64,000 bases of DNA from an uncultured Candidatus Saccharibacteria bacterium (lineage in GTDB: Bacteria; Patescibacteriota; Minisyncoccia; Phycocordibacterales; SBAW01): NCBI GenBank assembly GCA_964615415.1, contig CAZTNI010000002.1, positions 104,687 through 168,686 on the forward strand, given 5' to 3'. The position numbers and the translations under genes were made by a program. The notes under the pieces were generated by a model. That model made no database searches and was not told where the DNA came from. It saw only the letters and a program-made list of their open reading frames with translations. The first letter of the stretch is position 1, and each line of letters begins with the position of its first letter. Below are positions 9,915-19,802 of the stretch, piece by piece.

Positions 9915-10424
9915 ATGCGGCGAGTTACCGTTAACGACAAGATGCAGCAAGGGTACCAGTACACCTGTACTGAACCAGTAGGAAAACATTTTGATCCGCG
10001 TTTTAAGCCCGAACTAACTCCTAAGCAAATGCTCGCGCTCGGTGTGTTTGGTGGTGTGTATATGCGCGACTGCACGAAAGAATTTCCGAAAGAGTGGTTT
10101 ACTAAAGCAAAGTTCCAAAAGAAGGGGAGTTATGAGCACGACCCAAAGCTCAATTACTTTAAAGTGAATGCAAGCCAGCCGCTTTCGGTCTGGCGTAAGA
10201 AAGGATGGATACATGCAGACGACCCGCGGGGTTGGTTTCAGTGGTACTGTCGATACTACATGGGACGACGAGGTCCGGACGACGAGCGACAAATTAAACG
10301 ATGGGTTGCGATCCGTCGACACATTATGCAAATTAAAAATCACTGCACAGTGGGTGATAAAAACTGCCACACCAAACAACGCCAAGCAGTACTTCATTGG
10401 GCGTACGATAGCAGGAAGATGTAA
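9915..10424 (+). CDS. conserved hypothetical protein
   Basis: Start set at MRRVTVNDK just after the upstream stop; W/Y-rich segment WFQWYCRYYMGRRG; family not recognised. Confidence 0.4.
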   Translation: MRRVTVNDKMQQGYQYTCTEPVGKHFDPRFKPELTPKQMLALGVFGGVYMRDCTKEFPKEWFTKAKFQKKGSYEHDPKLNYFKVNASQPLSVWRKKGWIHADDPRGWFQWYCRYYMGRRGPDDERQIKRWVAIRRHIMQIKNHCTVGDKNCHTKQRQAVLHWAYDSRKM

Positions 10425-10496
10425 AGCGTCTTCCTGATTTCTTCATGTTTCTTGGTATACCTTTATGCCGTTACTAAATAACGGTTTTTAAAAGGT

Positions 10497-11060
10497 ATGA
10501 ATAAGCAGACTATTATTGGTATTTTGGTATTTCTGGTGCTTGTGGCAGTAGGTGTGTGGTACTTCACTTCCGGTCCTTCAGTTACCCCTGAGGTTGAAGA
10601 AAATAATAATCAGACCGCTACAACAACTACCTCGGGCACGCAAAACTCAACGGGTGCTACTAGTGGTGCTACCCGCGGCACAGGTACGTTAAGTGCTGCT
10701 ATTACACGTGGCGGTAATTACACCTGCAGCGTCAACACTAATCGCGATGGTATTACAACAAAAGGTACGGTGTATGTTGAAGGAACTAAAACTCGGGTAA
10801 ATCTTCGCATCGAGCCGACAACAGGCGCACCAGTTGAAACACACGTTATTCGTACGGGTGGATGGGCGTACACATGGACTGAAGGTCAGACCACAGGAAG
10901 CAAGACTCGCGTTACTACTACCAGCGCTATCGTGCCTCAGGCACAGGGAGCAGGAAGTATTGTAGATGAGGGCGCTACCTTTGATTGGGAGTGTCGTGCA
11001 TGGATTCCTGATCAAGAAGAATTTACGCCTCCTACCCAAATTACTTTTACAGAAGCGTAA
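10497..11060 (+). CDS. secreted/membrane-anchored hypothetical protein (Thr/Gly-rich linker)
   Basis: N-terminal TM/signal segment, T/S/G-rich linker, then a C-terminal domain; terminator at 11065-11094. Confidence 0.4.
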   Translation: MNKQTIIGILVFLVLVAVGVWYFTSGPSVTPEVEENNNQTATTTTSGTQNSTGATSGATRGTGTLSAAITRGGNYTCSVNTNRDGITTKGTVYVEGTKTRVNLRIEPTTGAPVETHVIRTGGWAYTWTEGQTTGSKTRVTTTSAIVPQAQGAGSIVDEGATFDWECRAWIPDQEEFTPPTQITFTEA

Positions 11061-11171
11061 CAACAAAAACTCCCCGGTAGGGGAGTTTTTGTTTAATCCT
11101 GTTAAAAACTGTAGGTAAAGCGTAAAAATAATGGTATAACTACCAACGTATATTATTTTTTAAGATTTAGT

Positions 11172-11429
11172 ATGGCTACCAAAAAAGCTTCAGCGTTCAT
11201 GAAACCAATGACTATTAGTGGAGACCTCGCAGCAGTGGTGGGCAAGGGTCCTATGCCTCGCTCAGAAGTAGTAAAGAAGCTCTGGGCCTACATTAAGAAG
11301 AATGGCCTTCAAGACGCAAAGAATAAGCGCAACATTAATGCTGACGATACTCTCAAGAAAGTATTCGGTGGCAAAAAGACAGTCAGTATGTTCGAAATGA
11401 CAAAACTCGTTTCGAAGCACCTTTCCTAA
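11172..11429 (+). CDS. SWIB/MDM2-domain protein
   Basis: 85 aa; KRNINADDTLKKVFGGKKTVSMFEMTKLVSKHL is a typical SWIB motif. Confidence 0.6.
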   Translation: MATKKASAFMKPMTISGDLAAVVGKGPMPRSEVVKKLWAYIKKNGLQDAKNKRNINADDTLKKVFGGKKTVSMFEMTKLVSKHLS

Positions 11430-12203
11430 TTGCGAATGGAAAAACGGGCGAACAACGAAACATCATGGGGCAAGGTGGCTGACTGGTATGGCGAGTATTT
11501 AGCCAACCCAGACAGCTACCAGGCTCAAGTGGTGCTTCCTAACCTTATGCGCATGCTTTCAGTTACGGCTGGAGAGCGCGTGTTGGACCTTGCTTGTGGG
11601 CAAGGTTTTTTCACAAAAGAGATACACAAAGCGGGGGCGAATGTTGTTGGTGCAGATATTTCGGAAGAGTTAGTTGCTGATGCGCGTCGGAATGTTCCAG
11701 GCGTAACCTTTTACGCTGCGCCTGCGTCCCAACTTTCGTTTGCAAAAAATAACGAGTTTGATGCAGTGGTGTGCGTATTGGCTCTCCAAAATATGGAAGA
11801 CCTGAGCGCTGTATGTAAAGAAGTGTCACGAGTATTGGAGCAAAAAGGCCGCTTTCTGATGGTGCTTAACCATCCGGCATTTCGTGTACTCAAGCGCTCA
11901 AGTTGGGGGTGGGACGAAGGGCTTGGGGTACAGTATCGTCGCGTCGACGGGTACCTCTCGGGGGCAAAAATAGAAATAGATATGCATCCGGGTAAAAGTG
12001 GTAAAAAAGTGAAAACAATTTCCTACCATCGCTCGCTCCAAGATTTTTCAAAAGCATTATTTGCTGCTGGGTTTGCTTTGACACGCTGCGAAGAGTGGAT
12101 TTCTCATAAAATCAGCGAACCAGGTCCACGCCAAAAAGCGGAAGATACAGCGCGCAAAGAATTTCCTCTTTTCTTAACACTTGAGGCTCGCAAACTCTCA
12201 TGA
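11430..12203 (+). CDS. class I SAM-dependent methyltransferase
   Basis: VLDLACGQGFF SAM motif I; 257 aa. Confidence 0.6.
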   Translation: MRMEKRANNETSWGKVADWYGEYLANPDSYQAQVVLPNLMRMLSVTAGERVLDLACGQGFFTKEIHKAGANVVGADISEELVADARRNVPGVTFYAAPASQLSFAKNNEFDAVVCVLALQNMEDLSAVCKEVSRVLEQKGRFLMVLNHPAFRVLKRSSWGWDEGLGVQYRRVDGYLSGAKIEIDMHPGKSGKKVKTISYHRSLQDFSKALFAAGFALTRCEEWISHKISEPGPRQKAEDTARKEFPLFLTLEARKLS

Positions 12204-12949
12204 AGCAGAAAAAAATATACATATACGGCAAACATGCCGTCACAGAAGCCTTGAAGCACCGTCCGCAAATTGTGCGAGAAATTTCTCTCGCTGCCCAGAT
12301 GGATGACAGAGAGTTGCGTAAGTTGATCCGCGATCGTGCAGTGCCGACGGTGCCGCTCGATGAGCGTAAAGCAACGTCTCAAGTAGAGCGGAATGCACCA
12401 CATCAAGGTGTGATTGCGCTTATTTCGCTTACTGAACTTACGACACCATTTGAAAAATTTCTTGATACGTTTACGCCAACTCCACACACATCGCTGGTGC
12501 TTTTAAGTGAAGTACAAGATCCGCACAATGTGGGGGCGATTATTCGCTCTGCGGCAGCGTTTGGGGTGTCCGCAGTATTGCTGCCCACACATAACCAGTC
12601 TCCAATAACTGGCGTCGTTATTAAAACCTCTGCAGGTATGGCGTTTCGTGTACCGCTCGTAACGCTCGATAATATGCAGCAAGGAGTCGCTCTTCTTAAA
12701 AAGAAAGGTGTTCGGGTCTATGGTCTTACAGCAGGAGGAAAAACATCGGTGACGACAGAACAATTTTCGACCCCTTCGTTATTTGTGTTGGGAAACGAAG
12801 CGGAAGGAGTTGCTCCTGCAGCTAAAGCGCTGTGCGACACGATGCTCTCTATTCCGATCAACGCTCGCGCAGAGTCGCTCAATGTTGCGGCGTCTGCCGC
12901 GGTAGTGCTCTATGCGTGGAGTGCGCAACACAAAGAAGCTTTAGAGTGA
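12200..12949 (+). CDS. rlmB: TrmH/SpoU-family 23S rRNA 2'-O-methyltransferase (RlmB-like)
   Basis: SLVLLSEVQDPHNVGAIIRSAAAFG, LGNEAEGV and ESLNVAASAAVVLY SpoU motifs; start overlaps the upstream stop. Confidence 0.7.
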   Translation: MKQKKIYIYGKHAVTEALKHRPQIVREISLAAQMDDRELRKLIRDRAVPTVPLDERKATSQVERNAPHQGVIALISLTELTTPFEKFLDTFTPTPHTSLVLLSEVQDPHNVGAIIRSAAAFGVSAVLLPTHNQSPITGVVIKTSAGMAFRVPLVTLDNMQQGVALLKKKGVRVYGLTAGGKTSVTTEQFSTPSLFVLGNEAEGVAPAAKALCDTMLSIPINARAESLNVAASAAVVLYAWSAQHKEALE

Positions 12950-12964
12950 TAGTACAATAAAAGC

Positions 12965-13603
12965 ATGGCTTCGTTTCGTCAGCATGTAACTTTTGGTGCA
13001 CTTATCGGCATTGTTGGTACCACGCTCTTATATTTTTACGCGTTTGTAACCGACCCACTTTTGCTGGCGCTGATATTTGTTGTTACTACTATCGCTTCAT
13101 TTTTACCTGACCTAGACAGCGACTCAGGTGTACCGTTTTATCTACTTTTTGGAATATTCACACTCTTGTGTACCGGCCTAAGCTTGCTCTATGCACTACG
13201 GCACTATCCGCACGATGTGTATTACCTCTTCGGCATTCCTCTTGGAACTGCTCTAGGGGTGTGGTTTGTAGGGGGAACAATACTAAAAAAGTTTACCCAC
13301 CATCGTGGCATGATGCATTCGCTGCCAACGATGCTGATTGTCGGCACAGCGACGTATCTTATTACGCAGTACTTAGGACAAGGAAATACTGTCGCTGCAG
13401 TAGTGGCTGTAGGAGTAATGGCGGGTTTTTTTAGTCACTTAGTCCTTGATGAACTGCATGCAGAGCTCAACATGCAAGGGAAACCATTTGTGGCGCGGCG
13501 TTCTTTAGGAACTGCAATGAAATTATTTTCGCCACAGAAGGGAATTACTGTTTTTACCTATGTTGTGCTCGCGTTTTTGCTCTACAAAGCAGTCACACTC
13601 TAA
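12965..13603 (+). CDS. membrane-bound metal-dependent hydrolase (YdjM/DUF457-like)
   Basis: Polytopic membrane protein with His-rich motifs (HHRGMMHS, HLVLDELH). Confidence 0.5.
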   Translation: MASFRQHVTFGALIGIVGTTLLYFYAFVTDPLLLALIFVVTTIASFLPDLDSDSGVPFYLLFGIFTLLCTGLSLLYALRHYPHDVYYLFGIPLGTALGVWFVGGTILKKFTHHRGMMHSLPTMLIVGTATYLITQYLGQGNTVAAVVAVGVMAGFFSHLVLDELHAELNMQGKPFVARRSLGTAMKLFSPQKGITVFTYVVLAFLLYKAVTL

Positions 13604-13647
13604 AAATAAACCCGCGGCTTTTCAGCCGCGGGTAAGGGGAGCATGTG

Positions 13648-14217
13648 CTACCAGGTGCAGACGATGACCGGGTTGCTGCCGGAGTCGAGCGAAGTGATTT
13701 CCTCGGCGCGCGCAAGTGCTGCGTTACCTTCCCCGAGGAAGATCACGATGTCGGGCAGAGAAGTGCTGCCACTGCTGTCGGAGCTGTCACTGCCGCTCAT
13801 AGTGTCGGCGGCAATGTATACATCGGTGTGGCCGTCGATCCGAATGTGGGTGCCGAGCGGGATGTAGTCGAGTACGGCGACCATACCCACCTCGAGCCGC
13901 TGACCTTCCGACGTGAGCGGGTAGGGTGTGTAGACCCAGCCATCGTTCTCGTCGTAGCGGATGTAGCGCGTGCCGATGCGTCCCATCTGTTCGAGCAGTA
14001 CGGCGTTGACGAACTCGACCGACACGACCACAGGTTCACTGTTGATGTCGATCGTGACCGGAACGCTGTCCATCTCTTCAGCGATGGGAACGTAGGAAAA
14101 GCCGGCCTCAACGCGTCTGGTCGTTTCGGATGGTGCGCACGAGCCGCCTTCTTGAGCGAACGCACTCGCTCCAGACGCGACAACAAAGAGTGTTGCCGCA
14201 ATAATCGTTCTAAGCAT
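13648..14217 (-). CDS. secreted hypothetical protein (possible 3D-like domain)
   Basis: Signal peptide MLRTIIAATLFVVASGASAFA; IPLGTHIRIDGHTDVYIAADTMSG weakly resembles a 3D domain; GC-rich region with spurious overlapping ORFs. Confidence 0.35.
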   Translation of the reverse strand: MLRTIIAATLFVVASGASAFAQEGGSCAPSETTRRVEAGFSYVPIAEEMDSVPVTIDINSEPVVVSVEFVNAVLLEQMGRIGTRYIRYDENDGWVYTPYPLTSEGQRLEVGMVAVLDYIPLGTHIRIDGHTDVYIAADTMSGSDSSDSSGSTSLPDIVIFLGEGNAALARAEEITSLDSGSNPVIVCTW

Positions 14218-14527
14218 CGAAGAACTCTCCCAGTTTTGGTGCCGCGGGTGCGGACACTACCATGTACTATGGTGTCACGGCGCGTCTTTTGGGGCAATTA
14301 GTTTTAGTACTACAAGCGACAGGGGAACTTCTTGTCAAACCACCCTTGTAGGTTAGGACGAAGCATCTTGACACTTGTAAATGAAGTATTCAATTACATC
14401 TATCACGTAATATTCAGTGCTCCTGTGCGTTACTACTACCTAAGTAGCGAGGGTGTGTATGACTCGCATGCATATCGCTGCTTCCTTATTACTATATGAT
14501 TATTAGTAATCTAATTAGCACATTGAT

Positions 14528-15790
14528 ATGAAAGTATATGCATATGCAAATTCACTTCGGGAATATGCGCGCATTCTTGCGGTTGCTGCAGTAGGTGTTG
14601 CGGCAGCTTGTATAGCGCTGCCGGCAGCTCAGGCACAAGTAGTCCCTACTGTATCAGCAGAGATACGTAACGCTTCAAATAATACTATTACCAGCAGTCC
14701 TGTGGGTGCTATGGTGCATCTTCGTGCGGTAGTAGCCTCCTCGACCTCATCTACGTCTCCGCAAGGAACGGTAGATTTTATTCGCTACGAAGGAGCAACG
14801 TGTAGTGGCACGGGTACTTCCTTCGAGTCTAATACGACTCTCAATGGAGGCGTAGCACTTTCCGACGCTTTTCCGGCACAGCTTTCGAACACGTCGTTCC
14901 GTGTCCACTATGACGGTCAAGGCGACATGTTTGCACAAGCAACCAGCTCCTGTGTGTCACTTCAAGTCACACAGTTTGATCCGGCACTCGCTCTATCACT
15001 TTCAAGTTCGACAATTCATGCCGGAACATCAGTGTATGCATCTTCAACCTTGAGTAGTGCTACATCGACTGCAGACGGGACACTGACGTACCGTGTGTAC
15101 ACCAACAATTCGTGCACCAACCTCTATGCACAAGCAGGAGTTAAAACGGTAACGAATACAAATATTCCGGGTTCAGATGCTATTCAGTTCAACACCCCGG
15201 GTACGTACTACTGGCAAGGCGTCTACAGTGGTGATGCAGAAAACGAAGCGGCAACGAGTACCTGCAGCAGCGGTATGCTGACTGTTCTTGCAACATCGTC
15301 TACGCCAACCACGACGGGTAACGGCACCATTAGTGGTACGGTATATCACGACAAAAACGGTAACCGCACGTACGATAGTGGTGACACTGGTCTCTCGGGA
15401 TTCACCGTCTGGCTCTTTAAGTTGCCAACCAAACACTACAAAGCAGAGTACGCATTCAAAACAGCGGTCTCTGACACCAACGGTAATTACAGCTTCGCTA
15501 ATCTTCCTGATGGTACCTATCGTGTAGAATTGCACGAACAGAAGAAAAACGGATGGAATCAGAAAACGTCTGACTATAAGTCGATCAGTATTCAAAACGG
15601 GTCTGACCTCGACGATATAGACTTCGGTAATGCATCAACTACCGGCAAAGGTAAAGACAAAGATAAAGATGACGACAAGTGGCGTGGTGGGTGGTGGTCA
15701 TGGGGCGGATGGGTTCGCGATAATAACGCTTCAACAAGTGTAAAAGATTTCCTGGAGCATCTTCGCGAATGGAAATGGAACTGGCGCTAA
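14528..15790 (+). CDS. secreted repeat protein with C-terminal SdrD-B/CnaB-like domain
   Basis: Signal peptide; Ser/Thr-rich Ig-like repeats; GTISGTVYHDKNGNRTYDSGDTGLSGFTVWL...DTNGNYSFANLPDGTYRV; odd KDKDKDDDKWRGGWWSWGGW tail. Confidence 0.5.
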   Translation: MKVYAYANSLREYARILAVAAVGVAAACIALPAAQAQVVPTVSAEIRNASNNTITSSPVGAMVHLRAVVASSTSSTSPQGTVDFIRYEGATCSGTGTSFESNTTLNGGVALSDAFPAQLSNTSFRVHYDGQGDMFAQATSSCVSLQVTQFDPALALSLSSSTIHAGTSVYASSTLSSATSTADGTLTYRVYTNNSCTNLYAQAGVKTVTNTNIPGSDAIQFNTPGTYYWQGVYSGDAENEAATSTCSSGMLTVLATSSTPTTTGNGTISGTVYHDKNGNRTYDSGDTGLSGFTVWLFKLPTKHYKAEYAFKTAVSDTNGNYSFANLPDGTYRVELHEQKKNGWNQKTSDYKSISIQNGSDLDDIDFGNASTTGKGKDKDKDDDKWRGGWWSWGGWVRDNNASTSVKDFLEHLREWKWNWR

Positions 15791-15813
15791 CCTCTATCCT
15801 TGTGTGACAAAAC

Positions 15814-15846
15814 AAAAACTCCCTACAGGGAGTTTTTGTTTTTTAA
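15814..15846 (+). terminator. intrinsic terminator
   Basis: AAAAACTCCCT-ACA-GGGAGTTTTT GTTTTTT; similar hairpin at 11065-11094. Confidence 0.7.
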
Positions 15847-15915
15847 CCATTCCTTCATGCACATGTGGTTGTATGAACAGGTGTGTAGGTTTAGTCGCAA
15901 TAATACATAAATCAT

Positions 15916-16461
15916 ATGAAACAATTTACTCTTGGAGTGTTCGCGACCCACGCGGAAGCAGAGCAGGCGATTAATGAGCTACATCGGAGTCTCGGTGTAT
16001 CTACCGATGATATCTCATACGTCTATCGTAACAACAATGGGCAAATTCGAGAGGTCGATGCAAGCGACGTGGCTGACGATACCCCTGGAGAGGGCGCTAC
16101 AAAAGGTGCTGCTATTGGCGGTACGCTAGGTGCGCTCGCCGGGTTAGCAACGTTTGCGGGTATTATTCCTGTTATTGGTCCACTCTTTGCAGCAGGGCCA
16201 CTGGCAGCAGCGCTTGGCTTAACAGGAGCGCTTGGTTCCGCGGCTGCTGGCGGACTTACGGGTGCAGCAGCGGGCGGGGTAGTTGGAGCGTTAGTGAACC
16301 TTGGTGTCAGCGATGAACATGCACAGCAATACGAAGAAAGTATTCGTGCAGGCAGTGTCCTCGTTGCGGTACACACCGATAGTGATATTGATGTTGCCTC
16401 GACACTCGTGAAGCAAGGAGCTGTGGATGTAAACGAGTATTCGCTCGCTTCAGCGATCTAA
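15916..16461 (+). CDS. general stress protein (YflT-like N-domain + glycine-zipper)
   Basis: MKQFTLGVFATHAEAEQAINEL...DDISYVYRNN N-domain; GxxxG glycine-zipper membrane segment. Confidence 0.5.
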   Translation: MKQFTLGVFATHAEAEQAINELHRSLGVSTDDISYVYRNNNGQIREVDASDVADDTPGEGATKGAAIGGTLGALAGLATFAGIIPVIGPLFAAGPLAAALGLTGALGSAAAGGLTGAAAGGVVGALVNLGVSDEHAQQYEESIRAGSVLVAVHTDSDIDVASTLVKQGAVDVNEYSLASAI

Positions 16462-16542
16462 CGGCACGGTTGCCGAAAAGTCCAAACCATCGTATTATGA
16501 AAGTATCTAGCTCGGGGACCCGAGCTATTTACTTTAAATACT

Positions 16543-18309
16543 ATGGATATCCGAAACATCGCGATTATTGCTCACGTGGACCACGGTAAGACAACGCTTA
16601 CTGACGCTCTTTTGCGTCAAACAGGTGTTGCTGCTGAGGGTGTCTCCATGGACTCTAACGACCTCGAGCGCGAGCGCGGCATTACGATTTATGCGAAAAA
16701 TGCCGCAGTGTTTTATAAAGACACTAAGATCAATATTGTCGACACGCCGGGTCACGCAGACTTCGGCAGTGAAGTAGAGCGTGTGCTCCGCTCGATCGAC
16801 TCGGTGCTGCTTGTGGTCGACGCACAGGAGGGTCCTATGCCACAGACGCGTTTCGTATTGAAGAAGTCGCTTGAACTCGGCCTTAAACCAATTGTGGTTA
16901 TCAATAAAATCGACAAGCCAGCAGCAAACCCTGCACAGGCAGAGGAGCAGGTGCTTGAGTTGTTCTTGGAGCTTGGCGCATCTGACGAGCAGTCTAACTT
17001 TCCAGTTGTGTATGCGATCGGCCGCCAAGGTATTGCAAAGAAAAAACTCGAGGATGATTCGAAAGATTTAACCCCACTTCTCGATACTATTTTGGAAAAG
17101 GTTCCTGCTGCAGATCCTGCAAAGGCATCTTTGCCACTGCGTGCACAGCCGTTTAACCTTGCGTACGACACGTTTATGGGTCGTCTCGCGGTCGTGCGTG
17201 TGTATGAAGGAGCTATCTCTACCGGGCAGAGCGTGTTTGTAAAAAATGCAGACGGTGTTGCGCGTCCGGGTAAGGTAGTAAAAATGTTTTCGTTCAAAGG
17301 CCTTGAACGTGTAGAAACTACTACTGCGGTTGCGGGCGACATTGTCGTGGTTGCTGGCTTTCCAGACATCGATATTGGCGAAACTATTTGCAGCGATGAG
17401 CATGCAGAGATTCTTCCTGTTATTGCGGTTGATGCGCCAACAATCGCGCTTAACTTTATGGTTAACGCCTCTCCTTTTGCTGGTCGCGAAGGAAAGTTTG
17501 TCACAACGCGTCAGATCCGTGAGCGCCTTGAACGCGAACTCGAGGTAAACGTCGGGCTTAAGGTAGATTTTTCATCAGCAGAGGCATACAAAGTGTATGG
17601 TCGTGGCGAAATGCACATTTCAGTATTACTTGAACATATGCGCCGCGAAGGATACGAGATGCAGGTGTCCCAGCCACAAGTTATTTTCCATGAAGAAAAC
17701 GGTGTAAAAATGGAACCGTTTGAAGAAGTGGTTATTGATATCCCAGAACAATACCAAGGTGCAATTATCGAGCGTCTAGGCCAGCGTAAAGTAGTGCTTA
17801 AAGACATGCGCGTGCAAAACGGCGCAGTGCGCATGGTGCTTGAGGGTCCAACGCGCGGGCTCCTTGGCTACCGCTCACAATTTGTGCTCGACACCAAAGG
17901 CGAAGGCATTTTCTCATCTCGCTTTATTGAATTCCGTCCACACGCAGGAGAAATAACGAAGCGCGCAGTAGGCTCTATGGTCTCGATGGCAGCAGGGAAG
18001 GCACTCGGCTTTTCACTCTGGAATTTGCAGGACCGCGGCCAGCTGTACATCGCTCCTACAACAGAAGTGTATGAAGGTATGGTGGTGGGTAATACCTCTA
18101 AGGGTGATGAGATGTTTGTAAACCCAACGAAGGGTAAACAACTTACTAACATGCGCGCATCTGGTTCTGACGAAGCGATGTATCTTACGCCGCCGTATGA
18201 ACTCACGATTGAACGTGGTCTTGAAGTAATGTCTGAGGACGAATATCTCGAAGTGACTCCAAAGTCTGTCCGCCTCCGCAAACAAGGAGGTGTTGCTCGC
18301 AAGTTTTAA
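16543..18309 (+). CDS. typA: translational GTPase TypA/BipA
   Basis: [34 protein letters not shown]-motifs; 588 aa; full-length family match. Confidence 0.92.
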   Translation: MDIRNIAIIAHVDHGKTTLTDALLRQTGVAAEGVSMDSNDLERERGITIYAKNAAVFYKDTKINIVDTPGHADFGSEVERVLRSIDSVLLVVDAQEGPMPQTRFVLKKSLELGLKPIVVINKIDKPAANPAQAEEQVLELFLELGASDEQSNFPVVYAIGRQGIAKKKLEDDSKDLTPLLDTILEKVPAADPAKASLPLRAQPFNLAYDTFMGRLAVVRVYEGAISTGQSVFVKNADGVARPGKVVKMFSFKGLERVETTTAVAGDIVVVAGFPDIDIGETICSDEHAEILPVIAVDAPTIALNFMVNASPFAGREGKFVTTRQIRERLERELEVNVGLKVDFSSAEAYKVYGRGEMHISVLLEHMRREGYEMQVSQPQVIFHEENGVKMEPFEEVVIDIPEQYQGAIIERLGQRKVVLKDMRVQNGAVRMVLEGPTRGLLGYRSQFVLDTKGEGIFSSRFIEFRPHAGEITKRAVGSMVSMAAGKALGFSLWNLQDRGQLYIAPTTEVYEGMVVGNTSKGDEMFVNPTKGKQLTNMRASGSDEAMYLTPPYELTIERGLEVMSEDEYLEVTPKSVRLRKQGGVARKF

Positions 18310-18322
18310 CTAACGATACATA

Positions 18323-18360
18323 AAAAAGAGGCGAGGTCTTATAAGACCTCGCCTTTATTT
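18323..18360. terminator. bidirectional terminator between typA and nadV
   Basis: AAAAAAGAGGCGAGGTCTT-ATA-AGACCTCGCCTTTATTT. Confidence 0.75.
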
Positions 18361-18361
18361 G

Positions 18362-19777
18362 TTACAGAACCTGCGCACGGGAGCGAATCTCGGCGAAGGT
18401 GTATTCATGGAGTACTTTCCCGTTTACAAACACCGGCACCAGCACGTTCTCGAGGTTTTGAACAATCGCATCTTCCTCGCGGATCGTGCGGTAGGTGCCG
18501 TCTTCCTCGACGAGAGCCAGTCGACCGGCCTTCGAGCGCTTGCCCGGGTCGGTCACGGGGTCCTTGATCACGTCGTGCCAGGTACCGTCGACATCGACCG
18601 CAGAGCATTTGATCGCGAACTTCTGCGTATCGCGATTCATATTCTGCAGTAGTCCGCCGCCGGAGCCGAACGCAACGTTGTCTGCAGACCAGCCCGCCTC
18701 CTTCATCGCTTCGAGTACGACACCGAGCATTGTGTAGTCGATGCCGTCGCCCTGGATGACACGCACCTTCGGGTTGAGGACCTTGTACCCCTTCTCGTTG
18801 GTGGTGTATCCGAAGGCACTGCCGAGTGCTTCGAGCACCTTCACGACGACATCGGGCGGATTGCCCGAGTCCGGGCGTACCACTAGGGTGCCGTCGCGGG
18901 CCAGGACCTGCTCACGCAACTCCTTGCCCCAGAGCTCGGTGCATGCCCGGTAGATGTCGAAGCTGTCAGAGACGACAGCGACGAGGCCGGTCGGGTACTG
19001 TTCGAGCATGTTGCGGTACGCGTCCGCCTCCTTGTTGCGACCCCACGAAGTAATTGTGGAGTGCTCCGCAGCGGGGATCGAGTATCCCGCCATCGGCTCG
19101 TGGTAGTACTTGCGCGCGACACGAGTCGCCTGGAGCGTGTCGGTGCCGCGGAAGGAAACCAAGTGTGCGGCGCCGCCGAGGCCCGCGGACTCGACCGAAG
19201 TCGAACCGCGGAAGCCGAAGTCGTGGACCTTGAAGTCGATCAGCGCAGGAGTACCGGTCTGCTCCAGATAGGAGAGGACTAATCTCCGCATCTCACGGCT
19301 CTGAGTCGCCACGGTGGTGGGGTACCAGAGCATCGAGAGTAGGGTCTCGACATAGTTGGTGATCCACGGTAGTTCCGGATCCGTATTTTCGATCGTCATC
19401 AGCACGTTGCGGGTCGGAACCGAAATTCCTTCCGGCACTGCCTTGATGATGACCGGCAGCCGTCCGCCGTGAACGTTCAGGATACGATCCCATCCGTCAC
19501 GGTTGTAGACGCCCGGAGTGCCGAAGTGTGCAGCAAAATCTTCTGCCGCTTCCTCGACATTCTGCCGGTTGACGACCGGACCCTCGAGATACCGCTTGAG
19601 ATAGTACTGCAGTCCAAAGAAGGTGGTGCTCGCAAAGAGGCCACCCCGGCTTTCGAAGAAGGAATACACCTTCCTCGTTTTGGGCGGGTACTGCCGCCAG
19701 TGCGAGACCTTGTAGCTGTCGGTCAACTCGACCGTATTGACTTCGTCTTCGACGAAGAGGCGAGGATTGTAGTTCAT
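18362..19777 (-). CDS. nadV: nicotinamide phosphoribosyltransferase (NadV/Nampt family)
   Basis: NPRLFVEDEVNTVELTDSYKVSHWRQYPPKTRKVYSFFESRGG Nampt signature; start at the internal Met with an AAGGAG RBS; ~470 aa. Confidence 0.85.
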   Translation of the reverse strand: MNYNPRLFVEDEVNTVELTDSYKVSHWRQYPPKTRKVYSFFESRGGLFASTTFFGLQYYLKRYLEGPVVNRQNVEEAAEDFAAHFGTPGVYNRDGWDRILNVHGGRLPVIIKAVPEGISVPTRNVLMTIENTDPELPWITNYVETLLSMLWYPTTVATQSREMRRLVLSYLEQTGTPALIDFKVHDFGFRGSTSVESAGLGGAAHLVSFRGTDTLQATRVARKYYHEPMAGYSIPAAEHSTITSWGRNKEADAYRNMLEQYPTGLVAVVSDSFDIYRACTELWGKELREQVLARDGTLVVRPDSGNPPDVVVKVLEALGSAFGYTTNEKGYKVLNPKVRVIQGDGIDYTMLGVVLEAMKEAGWSADNVAFGSGGGLLQNMNRDTQKFAIKCSAVDVDGTWHDVIKDPVTDPGKRSKAGRLALVEEDGTYRTIREEDAIVQNLENVLVPVFVNGKVLHEYTFAEIRSRAQVL

Positions 19778-19802
19778 GAGAGTGTCTCCTTTTGTATTGC
19801 GA

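Noticed and set aside
13645-14301. 218-aa plus-strand ORF and other overlapping ORFs in the 13640-14300 GC-rich patch
   Set aside because: No RBS or domain signal and Arg/Asp-rich composition. The minus-strand ORF with a proper signal peptide is the more plausible gene. These are GC-skew artefacts.
16534-17504. Minus-strand ORFs (164 aa, 250 aa) inside typA
   Set aside because: They are antisense to a high-confidence full-length GTPase gene and have Ser/Thr/Ala-rich composition.
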